From NCBI RefSeq assembly GCF_009834535.1, contig NC_045696.1, positions 25,608,001 through 25,672,000 on the forward strand: 64,000 nucleotides of DNA, written 5' to 3'. The DNA comes from Camelus ferus (taxonomy: Eukaryota). The position numbers and the translations under genes were made by a program. The number at the start of each line of letters is the position of its first letter. Positions within the stretch are counted from its first letter, which is position 1. Below the pieces are notes generated by a model. The model worked only from the letters and a program-made list of their open reading frames with translations. It ran no database searches and was not told the DNA's origin. This document shows, piece by piece, positions 25,551 through 37,250 of the stretch.

Positions 25551-28500
25551 GCTTGTAGTGGTGACTGTTTTTCCTTGAAATAAAGTAGCCATTATGAACC
25601 CTGGTTGAGAGTAGTGTGTTCAAATGCACTGATATCATTAAAGATGGCCTATAAGCCCTGTCAGATTTATGATGTTTCCAAGATCTACCTGGAGTACTTG
25701 TGTGGAGACCACTGCAAAATTATTTTTAATGGTAGAAAACTATTTACCTCTCAGTAGGCTACAGATTTTATGCTCCTTTCCTGCTCCCTCTGAAAACAAA
25801 ACAAAACAAAACCCATTACTCTTTTTTGGTTATTGATGGATGTATTTTAAAAGAAATTGTTTATATTTTGTATTTATAATAAAAACACAGTTTATTCTAG
25901 ATTTTTATAGCTGTTTTATGTCCAATGTTTGCTCCATTCTAGAAAGCAATTGCTAATTTTCCAAAAGGTCTATGGATTTTATCTTTTTCATAAAAATTTT
26001 AAAAATAAGATCCTTCAAAAACATCTGAATTCTTACCAGACACAGAAGACATTTACATAAATTTCAATACAAATACAATTGTTATTTAAACTCGATAAAC
26101 ATTTATTTTCTAGACTGTCAACTTGAGCCACTCTGAAAAGATGTATTAAGACTTTAACAGTCACTGTTGTCAGGCATCAGCTTAATCTTAATTGTTGTAT
26201 TGAGATCTTTTCAAACGTCTTAGCAGCAGCAACCACAGTACTTCCTTTATCTAGCTACTAATCAGATCTGCTGTTTATCTAGGTCTTGTTGAATAAACAA
26301 AGATTTTTCCATCTGAGAAAAGTGCTTTATATTTCAGTTATCTTTGGCTAAGTGCTGAGTTTATGAGAAAGGAAGTCTCGTAAACTCATATCAGACTTCT
26401 TCCAGGCCTTCACCATACCAAGACTGTTTTCTCTTTTATTTGGAGTTTCTGATATCCAGATTCCTTTTCGTCCTCGTCAAAGCAGATGTGTGTGTCTGCA
26501 CTTAAGATCTGATGCTAATACCAAATCTCCTTCTAGTCCTTCTCTTTGTTTTAGATCAGTGCCCAGGCCAAGGCAGTGTAATTTGAATAATGTAGTTTCC
26601 TTTTTTGTCCCATCTGCTCCATCTGCAAATGTTTAAATGTGCTTCCAGGTTCCTTTTAAAAACACATATCCATTAACACAATGCACATCATTTTATAGCC
26701 CTGAACCACTGATGCCTTTTAAAGGCAGGACTTTGCAAAGTGGTGTTGATTGCTTCTAATGCCAGGGTTCATTTTCTGCATCTTTGCAGCTAACACCCAC
26801 CTTCCTCCGTTTCCACTCTAATTATTTTATATCTAACTCCATGCTTGAAAGACAGCCAACACTCTGGACATTGCCACTACGCTAATGCCTGCTATTGAGC
26901 AGCAGAGCTTGGTAAATGTCACTTCTGGTCTCATGTCCCTCTTGGGTGAATCATATTTGGGAAGAATAAGAGTAGAAAAAGCAAAAAAGTTCATGGACCT
27001 CAGGCACTGCCTGATTCTAAAGCTGGGTGCTCTATGGATGCTTTCAACAAAGAAGCTTTTCTGGAGAAAAGGATGCAGCAACGCTCACTCCCCTTCCCAA
27101 CCTCCCTATTCTTTCCTCCAAACTTTCCTCCCCACCTCATTCTTTTCGTCATTTTAGTTTTGTCCATTACAAATTGCTTCCCTTTTCTTATCTTCTTTAA
27201 TATTGTTTCCCAGGCACTTCTTTCCCCTAGAATTTCGACTCAGTTTGACAGTATTGTCACTTTATAATCTCATCTTATGTTATCTAAATGAAGAAAGCTG
27301 TCTTCTCAGAAATCTGTTGTTTAACTCACCTCTTTCTCCTCTTTCTTCATCTTCACTCTGACCACAGACTTCCTTTCTCTGTCTAAACTTTATGCACTCA
27401 CCAGCTGAAAAACTGTCCAGACAGCTATAAATAAACGTATTTGTTGGGAAAGAAAAAATTTAACTGTGTACTCATCTGTTTTTTGTGGATTTTTTTCCCC
27501 TCCTAATCCCAGAAAAACTCTCTAAAGGCAACCTGGGCTCTGAACACTCTTGGTGAGCCCATTTTGACAATGTTAAGATGTATAGTGTAGCATTCACCAA
27601 GACAGCCATCTCTCCCGAGAACCTACACTGGAAACTGCTTTCTTTTAGGACATTTTTGACCATCCTCTTGAATGACCCTGTTGCCTTTGGTAATGTGATG
27701 TGACTAAGCCTCAGATCTGCTTAAAGCTCCTACAACACTTCTGAAGGAAAAATTCTCCCCTTAAGGAGGATTTAAAAATAACTTTCTTTTTTCTTAAAAA
27801 CCAGTCTTAATCTCTACCAAGACAATCTCACAATTTTAGACTGTGATATATTCATAACATTATCTTTCCTTAGTCATTCATTATCATGCTGGACATTTAC
27901 AAATGAAAGAATACTGTGTCATGATTTCTCTCAATTATGCACAAGATATTACACAGTATAATAAGGGCTGTGTTATAAACTCCTGAGGAAACCCGTAAGA
28001 AAGACACCTAGAGGCCGGGTTGAAAAGCATATGATCTGATTGAGTGAATGTTATATTTAGGTCTTCCTTAGCAGCAAAGAGTGAAAAATGGCTGCTTTTT
28101 TGCAAAAGAAATGCTATGAAAAGGGATAAACCATATTAATATGCTGATGCTTGCAGAGTTCCTTAGGTTTGAGATATTTGTTGACTGGATGAACGCCACC
28201 TATTATTTTAATTGTTCCATTTAGTTTAAGAGCATAATCAAAAATAATTTTGTCCTCTGCCTCATCCTGAGAATGCAACAAGCATTCAATTCTAGTATAC
28301 ATTGGCATGTTATTGGCTTTTCAAAGCCTGAGTATATAAAATATTACAATCAGATGTGTGTTTTGACTCCTAGTGAAAGGAGTCAAAAGCAATCTAATTT
28401 GATTATTAACATTGTGTTTTAGGTGACTGGATGCCACTTGATCAGAAGAGGGGAATTAAGCTGATTTGACAGCTCTCCAATTTTGCTTTTACTCTTATTG

Positions 28501-30074
28501 ATTCATTGAATGCAGGTTTTTCTATTCAAGGCTTGCTCTTAACAAAGGCAGTGATGGGTACATGTAGCCTAATCACATTTCATTGTCTGTTTTCTGAAGG
28601 TAATGATAAATTTCACTACCCAGATCAATTTTGGTCCAATTTCCTCTAATAGAATACAATCTAAAGAAGACCATCAGATTAAAAGCAGTTTCTTTTAAAA
28701 GATGTATTAAAAGGGGAAAACGAACTAGAGGCATTTTGCTTTATAATTTTGGTTTAGATTTTATTTGCAGTATACTACCAAAATAATCAGTAATTAGGGT
28801 AGTATGTGGGAGTCTAGGGGAAAAAAGATCATTTTCATGATTAATTAAAGAAGTTGTTCAGAGAACCATATGTACTTAGAAACTGAAAATATTTCAGATA
28901 CTGTTAAAGTTAGTTTCTTCATTTTTGAGACAAAAATAGGCTCAAAGTCCTACGAACCAGAGTATGAAATGCAAATTTTTCTGGGCCAATTTCTACATAT
29001 TTTGCCAATTTGTCATGCAGAGTGAGCCAATTGAATATTGTACCAGCAAATTAATGGTATTTTTCCCCCAAATATATGACCACATATTACAACATTTTAT
29101 GTATTTAAATGACAACTTATAGTTAGCTTTTCAGTTTATATTTTTTCACATCTTTATGCTTTCAATTAACAAATTAGAAACATAATTGCCTGCCAAAATG
29201 CACAATGAATTGTTTAAGAGGGTAATATTGTGCATGTCCCCAGAAGCCAATTATGTTTGTAGGATTTGGAGATTGTGATGAATTGGACCCAGATTGATGT
29301 ACGCAATTAAAATCTTTCTAACCTGTGTATCAAGAGAATTGTTTAAGTATTGAAGAGTTAATGCTGGGAAATGAGTTTTATTTAATGAACATAGTTCCAG
29401 AGCCATGGAAACATAAGGGAAAAAAAATCAACTGAGGGTCATATACCAGGGAAAACACTTATTCTGAGATGTTATTTATTTTGTTGGTTTATCAGAGAGA
29501 GAGAAAGGAGAATTAAGAATTATTGAATGTTCTGAACAGAGGTGTGATATAATGTGATGATAGATACTGAATTAAATTGTGTCAAAAAACACAATACATG
29601 TTAACTAGAAACAATAATAATATTAAAGATATGGATGTATCCCAAGACCTGTTACATAGAAAAGAGTCTAGAAAAGGAACAAGGGGAGAAAGAAGAAGGA
29701 AAACTGGGATATGTGAGACTCCAAAAAATGCTAGAGAAGACGAGGTGAAGTATCAGATACTAGGATTTTAGATATTTGAACCCTAAGCCTCAGAATGTTG
29801 CTGCTACTGAAATGATAATTAATTTATTTAACCCTTTAGAGCCCTTCACCTGATTTTTCGCTTTTAAACCTTACTGTGCCTCGAAAAGGGATAACCTCTT
29901 ATTCACTGAACAGAGCACAAACAAGTTTAAGGTCATGTGAAAATCAGACAAACCTCTAGTCAGATGTTCTCCTCAACCCTTTCTATCACCTAAATCATGT
30001 ATAAGGGAATTCTACTAGTATATGTGTTGAGAATTCTTGCAGGATATACTTGGTAAAATTTACTGAAATTAATA

Positions 30075-31804
30075 CAGGAAGTCCTCACTTTGCCAGATTG
30101 GGACTGTAAAAATGGCCATGCAAACTGAAATTGTGAAGAAATATTAATAACCAATGGGAAAAATTATGGTTCTCCCATGACCTTTAAAAGTTAGATTCAA
30201 AAATTTAAAATGCTCTTACTGTCTGCTGTAAATGAATAGGGAAATTTTTTTAAAAATAGTAAAACGAATTTTTATGTAATACACATTGAAACATCAGAAA
30301 CATTGAGAAAATTAAAGTGTTTTTATTTCTTTATGAAAAACTCATCAAGAACAGGCCTTTTCTTCTTCTTCTTATATAAATTATGCTATGAAATGGGCAT
30401 ATTTTACTTCCCTTTTAAGTTGTCATACTCCTTTCTGAGTTTGGATCAACTTCCAACAATTTATTTTTTGTGCTTTCAATGTAATAAAATATCTGTGAGA
30501 ATTCCGTTAATGTGGAATATTTCCCCAGCATCCCACTTCCTCTGGGACATCTTCGTCATTTTCTTCGTTAACCACTTTTCTCATTTGTGTCAGCAAGTTT
30601 GCCTTCACTAAGTTGCATATCTGGGAGAGTGGCAGTGCTGACAATCACACAGATAGCTTTTCCTTCCAAAATTCTGTTTATGTTTAGTTTTAGTTTCACT
30701 ATAAGCATCATTACTTTCTGATTCTTTACTACACATTGACTTTTAAATTTAATTTTGTTATGATAAAAACACTTAACATGAGATCTCTTCTCTAAATTTT
30801 TAGTGTACATTATTGTACAATGTTTTACAGCAGACCTCTAGAATTTATTCATCTTGCATAACTGACACTTTATACTAATTGAAGAACGGTTCCCCCATTT
30901 ACCCTTTTCCCCATCCCCTGGCAACCATTATTCTGTTCTCTGCTTCTATGAATGAGTTTGACTATTTTAGATACCTCATATGAGTAGAATCATACATTGT
31001 CTTTCTGTGACTGGCTTATTACATTCATCATAATGTCCTCAAGATCCATCCATGTTGTTGCGTATTGCAGAATTTCCTTCATTTTTAAGAACTAAACAGT
31101 ATTCCTTGTTATGTATATAGACTACATTTTCTTTATCCATTCATCTGTCAGTGAACATTTAGGTTGTTTCCACCTCTTGGCTATTGTGAATAGTGCACCA
31201 ATGAACATGGGAGGGTTAGTATCTCTTTAAGATCCTAATTTCAGTTCTTTTGGGGTGGAATTACTAGATCATATCTTAGTTTTACTTGTAATTTTTTGAG
31301 GAACCTCTATACTGTTTTCCAAAGCACTTGCACAATTTTGTATTCCCACCAATACTTCCAGTTTCTCCATATCCTATTCAACATATGTTGCCTTTTGTTT
31401 TCTTAATAATAATCATCCTGATAGGTGTGAGGTGATTTTTGTTGACTAAATTCCTCTATCAATTATCCATTTTTGTAAAATGGCACGTAGGTTTATCACT
31501 GGGAGACAGACTCAACACAGCAAGCTAGCTAGCTATGTAAGAATTGAGTAACAGATGCACAGTGACAAATCACAGACGTTGAAAGAAGTGACATAAATTG
31601 TTATTTATCATGATACACAACTTTTGTTTATGTAGTGACTTGTGGGCAGAAGAGCTAGCAGTGAAGTTTGCACTTTATGAATTTACTCATAGTTAATATA
31701 CTATGGTAAAGCAGTATGAACCCTGTTGTTGGAGGGCTAGAGTTATTTAACTAAATGGTGATAAATCTGTGCATTTCAGAACTATGCACAATGAGGACTG
31801 CCTG
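30075..31804. mobile_element. Tigger6-like (TcMar-Tigger) DNA transposon, split by an L1
   Basis: Left TIR caggaagtcctcactttgc; reverse complement of the right end is caggcagtcctcattgtgc (16/19). TA on both sides (30073-74, 31805-06). About 1.03 kb once the L1 is removed. Confidence 0.8.
30741..31436 (-). mobile_element. Old L1 (L1MA9/L1MB-type) 3' end nested in the Tigger
   Basis: 'cccctggcaaccattattctgttctctgcttctatg...ttttagatacctcatatgagtagaatcat...tttgaggaacctctatactgttttcc'. Confidence 0.9.
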
Positions 31805-32049
31805 TACATAGAATATTACTCGAAATGTTAGATATAAAATCCTAGTAAAACTCTGTCTTTTCATTAAGTCAGTGGCACAACATAATTGGATTTTTAGATA
31901 GTGAAGACTTGAGCTACTATGACAAGATTGACTAAAGTATGATAACTTATTTCTCTTTTGTTGATGATGTCAATTGAGAAAGTGTACAACAAGCTTCAGA
32001 AAACAGTAAATCTGTAGGTCAGATTATTAGTGAAAGTCTCCCATCAGTC

Positions 32050-32195
32050 ATGAAATTTTATAGCTTGAAAGGACCTTTGAAATAACCTCATTTCATTTAA
32101 CAGCTGAATAAGCCTCTTTCTTGAGGGGTTCTGAGTATTGTACATGGTTATAAGCTAGTTAGATGTACAACTGGAACGCATTTGACCTCTCCAAC
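32050..32195 (-). mobile_element. MIR3-like fragment
   Basis: 'tagcttgaaaggacctttgaaat...tttcatttaacagctgaa...atggttataagctagttag'. Confidence 0.4.
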
Positions 32196-32619
32196 CTATT
32201 TTTCACAAGTTTGAATGTCAATTATTAAAGAAAAATCTTCAAATATATTTTCAGGAAGAAGAGAATGCAGTTCCACAGTGTGAAATGAATTATTGAGTTG
32301 GATTATTTTTAAAATGTTATTTCTGCCATACCTCTGTAGATATAGGTGATTTTCTTTTATAATATTCAGTGTAAAAAAACTCAATTAATACACCACAACT
32401 TTTTAAATTATGTTTTTAAAAAATACATTGCAGTTATATATACATGAACACAAAACTAGACATTCAGCACAAAATCAAGCTCTCTGAAAATCTCTAATGG
32501 GATTTTACTTATGTACCAAAGAAATTCCACCAAAAAAATATTTTATTGGCTAGCAACAATTTAACTAACACAAATCTAAATAATCTGATAATAAGTATTG
32601 AATCAAAGTCAAAGTTTCT

Positions 32620-32997
32620 TGTTATAGGCTCAATATTTGTGTTCTCTCAAATTTCATATGCTGAAATGCTAACTCCATATGATGGTATTTAGAAGTGGGA
32701 CCTTTGGGAGGCAATTAGACTTAGATTAGATCATGAAGGTATGGCCCTCATGATGGGATTAGTGCCCTTCTAAGAAGAGTTACAGAGAGTGATCTAGCTC
32801 TCTCCCACTCACTCAATAAGGAAAGGACATGTAAAGACATAACAAGAAGGTAGCAGTCTTCAGGCATGGGGCCCTCACCAACAACCTAATCTACTGGCAC
32901 CTTGATCTTGTACGTTCTGATCTGTGAGTAATAAATATCTGTTGTTTAAATCACCCAGTCTATATGGTACTTTGTTATAGTGGCCTGAGCTAAGACA
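32620..32997 (+). mobile_element. MaLR solo LTR, MLT1A-like
   Basis: Termini tgttatagg...taagaca; 'gccctcatgatgggattagtgcccttctaagaagag', 'ctggcaccttgatcttg', 'aataaatatctgttgtttaaatcacccagtct'. Confidence 0.88.
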
Positions 32998-33094
32998 CAT
33001 ATGAGTATACTAAACTTTTATTTGGGTTATTTAAATTTCTTCTGATATCTGGACCATGCGAGAGAGTGCTATGATTCTTCAGTTTCCTTGGTGT

Positions 33095-33260
33095 CAGTCT
33101 GAGGCTATTTAAGTCAAATATCTTTTGGTTATAAGGGGGACACACCCATTTAGGCTAGCTGATATAATGGTTGGGTGGGAGAATTGGTTATTGTAAGGAT
33201 GATAGAGGTATGGTAGAATCCCAGAAGAAATTAAGTACAGCAAGCTTGTGGAAACTTCAC
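33095..33260 (-). mobile_element. Old MaLR/ERVL LTR fragment (MLT1J-L-like)
   Basis: 'aagtcaaatatcttttggttataagggggacacacccatttaggctagct...ttattgtaaggat'. Confidence 0.3.
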
Positions 33261-33724
33261 TTTGGCAAGGTTTCTAGCATCCTTCTTACTTGGAATAAAA
33301 TAGGTCAGTTTTATTTATAATACACAGACTCTCAGAGACTAATTTATTGGGATGCAATAGCTATAGAGAAGGCACCATATATCACCGTCCCTTCCTTTCC
33401 TTCCTCCCGAAACTTGGGTTCTAGGGATAAGGCACCTTCCTCAGGTGGAGCTCTGCATGTTGTGTGCACTCCTGAAGCCAGAAAAGTGGATGAGATGGCA
33501 TGAGGTCTTCTAGAATCTTTGTAGGTAACTAATTATCCTGGGTTCTCACACTTATTCTTGAGGGATGATGCCAAAAAGGAAAATCATATCTAAACAGACC
33601 TCTAGAGGAATCTTGTGACTACACCATTCCCCTGTATTGGTATAAAGCTTACAATAACGACACCTTTTCTTTGCATCAAAAGGTGGATAGATTCTTCTCA
33701 GGTTATTTAATTAATCCTCTAACC

Positions 33725-33946
33725 CAGGGGCCTGTGAACTTTTTCTACATGAAGGTAGATAATAAATATTTGAGGCTTTACATGAAATATGGCCTCTATG
33801 GCAACTACTCAACTTTGCCCTTGTAGCAAAAAAGCAGCCATAGACAATATATAAATGAATGGGCATAGCTGTGTTCAAATAAAGCTTTAGGTTACAAAAA
33901 AGGCAGTAGATTGGATTTGTCCATAGGTGTGGTTTGCCTATGCCTA
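33725..33946 (+). mobile_element. MER58A hAT-Charlie MITE
   Basis: 'gcaactactcaactttgcccttgtagcaaaaaagcagccatagacaatatataaatgaatgggcatagctgtgttcaaataaag'; 8-bp flanks ctctaacc/atctaact (6/8). Confidence 0.9.
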
Positions 33947-34224
33947 ATCTAACTCATTACCTCTGTGTAGTTCCTCCTTTTAATTCTGCAATAAATCTTC
34001 CATAATTGCTCAAATTTGAAAAGGAGATATCCCAAATGCCTGCATATAATACACTATCTAATTAACTTTTCATGAACTCCATCTAGTTTATGCTTACGTT
34101 TATTGCTAAAAAGATTCCAAAAGGACAAAAACAGTACACACAGTGAGGCATATATAGAGGGTTACACATGTCTTAAATTCACTTTATTCTGTAACAGAGA
34201 GTACACATTCAAGAAAAAGGGGGA

Positions 34225-34355
34225 CGTAAGTAGTATCAAATAATGCAACAGTGTCAAAGAAGATAAGGAATAAAAAAAGGCCATTGGATTTAGCAATTAG
34301 GAGGTTATTGGTGACTTTTAAGAAAGCAGTTTCAATAGAATTACGGAGGCAGAAA
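34225..34355 (-). mobile_element. L2 fragment
   Basis: 'ggccattggatttagcaattaggaggttattggtgacttttaagaaagcagtttcaatagaat'. Confidence 0.75.
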
Positions 34356-36204
34356 AAAATGCGAAATATTTACATCTGATAATAAAAAGCTATAGAAGAT
34401 CTCATATTAAACACAGGTTAATTTGAAATGCACTCAACCTAAATATAATCTTTACTTAAACACATTTGCAGAATAATTTAAGCCAGTTTAAGTAATGTAT
34501 TAACAAAATAGGTATGCATGCAGCATATTTTTTTCGTGTGTGTACATATATTGATTAAATTCGCTATGCCACACTTGAATTTAGAGCTGTGACTTGTGAT
34601 CTCAAATTGACTTCCTGACAATAATGATTAGGATGGTAGGTGAGCAGCACAGAATTACTGATAATCTCTGTAGTAAAGTCAGTGGCTCTCTTTCCCAAAG
34701 AGAGAATTCAGTTATTTAAAAAAAAAAAAAAGACTTTCACTGATACTTCTTTAACCCACTTCATTTTTGATTCATGGATATAAACATATGTTAGATTTTT
34801 GTAATAATCTATAAAAGAAAGTAATAATAATGTCTTTTTAGTTATTCTTTCATGATAGTTGACATTTCAAGTATCATGAAAACTACCTCAAGATAGAATA
34901 AAAAATGATTTTACTCTGATTGCTACTTGATTTCTATTCTGCACAAGAACAAAATAGAATTTTTAACTTGAATATGGGAATATAAATAATTATAAAAAAA
35001 GAAATATTTGTCATGATTTTATATTGATTATAATTCTTTTGTTCCAGTGATTATTTCAGTATTTGGTATTATTGAAGCCAATTTAATGACTTTGTCTAGA
35101 AGTACAGTCTTCCTATTTCTGCCACCCAAAAATCAAAAGTGAAAATGTTACCCTATTTTGACTTTTGAGGTGGGCTAGGATTTATTATTTCTTTGCCTCT
35201 TCCTACTCATGTTGATCTGTCCCCCAGTCCCAATCATCCATTTTAGTGCAATACTGTAGAATATCATGTGGTTGATGGATTCCTGTTTTCTGAGTTTTCT
35301 TAAGAAATTTAACATAAACTTAATATGTTTCAGTTATAAATAAATTTAATAAAAACTTTGGTTTTCTGTGGGAAAAGAAATGATAGGCTATAAAGACATA
35401 TGATGCCAATTTTATTTTTATTTGGAGGCATTGTAGAATATTTCCAAGGAATTGAATTACAACTGAATATTTGTTATTTGTATCCTTTTGTCGCATTGTA
35501 GTAGGAAACACAAGTAACTTGTGACCCAAAGATTAATAGATGACTGCTTCTATTTATTATCTTATAACACATTTAATGGGCAACAATTTTTAAAAATAGA
35601 TAAACCAATGTGATAAGTTTATTGTTAGAGGTATGAACAAGTGCCTATGGGAAAAATAGAAGAGGAACCCTTAATTTGCTCAATTTGATCTATATTTATC
35701 TATATTATCCTGAAATCAAACATGATGTTTCTGGATCAAAAATAGAGTATTTCTCTAAACCCCAATCCCCATATGAGGCAAAGAGATGAGAGCCAGTTTG
35801 TTATGCCTGTGTGTACAAAGGGAAGAGATCTATACCACAGGAGAACTCCTAAATTATGAATCCTGAAGTTTAAATGGGAACTACTATACAGCTGCCACCC
35901 TCCTCTATTCTGAGAGGGCAAAAAACCTTATCACTCAAGTGCTTTACAAATTGGAAATGTAATGTAAATTTGAATTTAAAATCAAGGGAATGGCTTCTGG
36001 GTTTCATTCCTCTTTGAAATAGAAGCACATAGGTCTAGGGAGATAAATCTCTATATATCTTTAAATATGGCTTTCTGTCCTATCGCCTTTTAACTTTTAA
36101 GGCATATACTTCAACCCAGGTTCCAGTTTATTTGCCTAGAATAACCCTATGCATCGAGAAACATAAAAATATTTTCTCTATAGTTCCACAGAATTGAGGA
36201 AATA

Positions 36205-37100
36205 TTCTCTTCTAGAGATGACATTTGAGCCTAGACTGTTGGGTCTGTGTGAGTTCAGTGTACAAAAGGCGAAGGTCATTCCTGGCAGGGGGAACAGAAG
36301 AACAGTAATCAATCTAGAGGTAAGACAGAGCATGATAAAATTCACATCCAGTGTTTGATAGTTATTTCTAAGAAATGAAAGGTGAAGAGGAATTGAGTAT
36401 TTGAAGATACTTTCCCAAATATATTCTTTTTAGTTGAATTATTCATATCAAAACCCTCTTCATATATTTTTTGTATAATAAACTTTAAGTGAAAAAAGAC
36501 AGCAGACTGTCATCTAGGGAACATGTCATTTGATCAGGTGTTGGCTGAATATATAGCAGAACAAAAAGCCAATCACACATCACAAGACTGCATGCCATAC
36601 CTAAGAACTTGGACTCTACTCTATAGGTACAAAGTTCTCCTTAAAGTTTTATCCATGTTTTAAAAAGATCACTGTGACATAATAGGTTTGAGTGGATGAA
36701 GATGTGGAGTTTTGAAATAAGGGGACAAATTTGGAATTTCAGAAATCAGCCAGAGGACTCAAATGATAGCAGAAAGAATAGCAATATATTAACTAGATCA
36801 AATCATCAGGATGTGTGAGTTACAGGGACAGTGGGAGTCAGGATGACTTCTGGGTTTCTTATTTGGGCAGTCAGGTAGATGATGGTGCCATTAACTCAAA
36901 AGGGAAATATAGACATTTTGGTTTTGGTTTTTGAGGGGTGAGTATAATGGATTTATTTTTGTATTCTAAATTTGAAATTTCTATGAAATATCTTGATAGA
37001 AATGTTTACTATACCTTGAAAAGATATGCATCAAAGATTCATTGAAAATTCAGTATACATTTTCCCAGGGAGAACAGAGAGAGAAAAGAAAGATATTTGA
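36205..37100 (-). mobile_element. L2 (antisense), fragmented
   Basis: 'gatgacatttgagcctagact...cattcctggcagggggaacag', 'gggagtcaggatgacttctgggtttcttatttgggc...gatggtgccattaact'. Confidence 0.7.
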
Positions 37101-37186
37101 GAATGCAGCTGTGTGTTACAAAACTTAAGTACTTTCAGTTCATTTATTGTCATTTATCAGTAACTCTTTTCTCTGTTTTCTGATAT

Positions 37187-37250
37187 TGTTGCCAGCGATT
37201 AGATTCCTGTCTCACCACAAAAAGAATTCAGAGACAAGACACAGAGATAA
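37187..37250 (-). mobile_element. Short ERV LTR terminal fragment
   Basis: 'tgttgccagc...ttcctgtctcaccacaaaaagaattcagagac' resembles the 20596 LTR end ('tgttaccagg...ttctttgccttacccaagaaaaaagaatttaaac'). Confidence 0.4.

Noticed and set aside
26833..27267. Overlapping ORFs as a processed pseudogene
   Set aside because: No recognisable homology, poly(A) tail or TSD.
34848..34881. Hairpin tttcatgata...tatcatgaaa as a pre-miRNA
   Set aside because: AT-only-biased 10-bp stem, far shorter than a pre-miRNA; plausibly chance.
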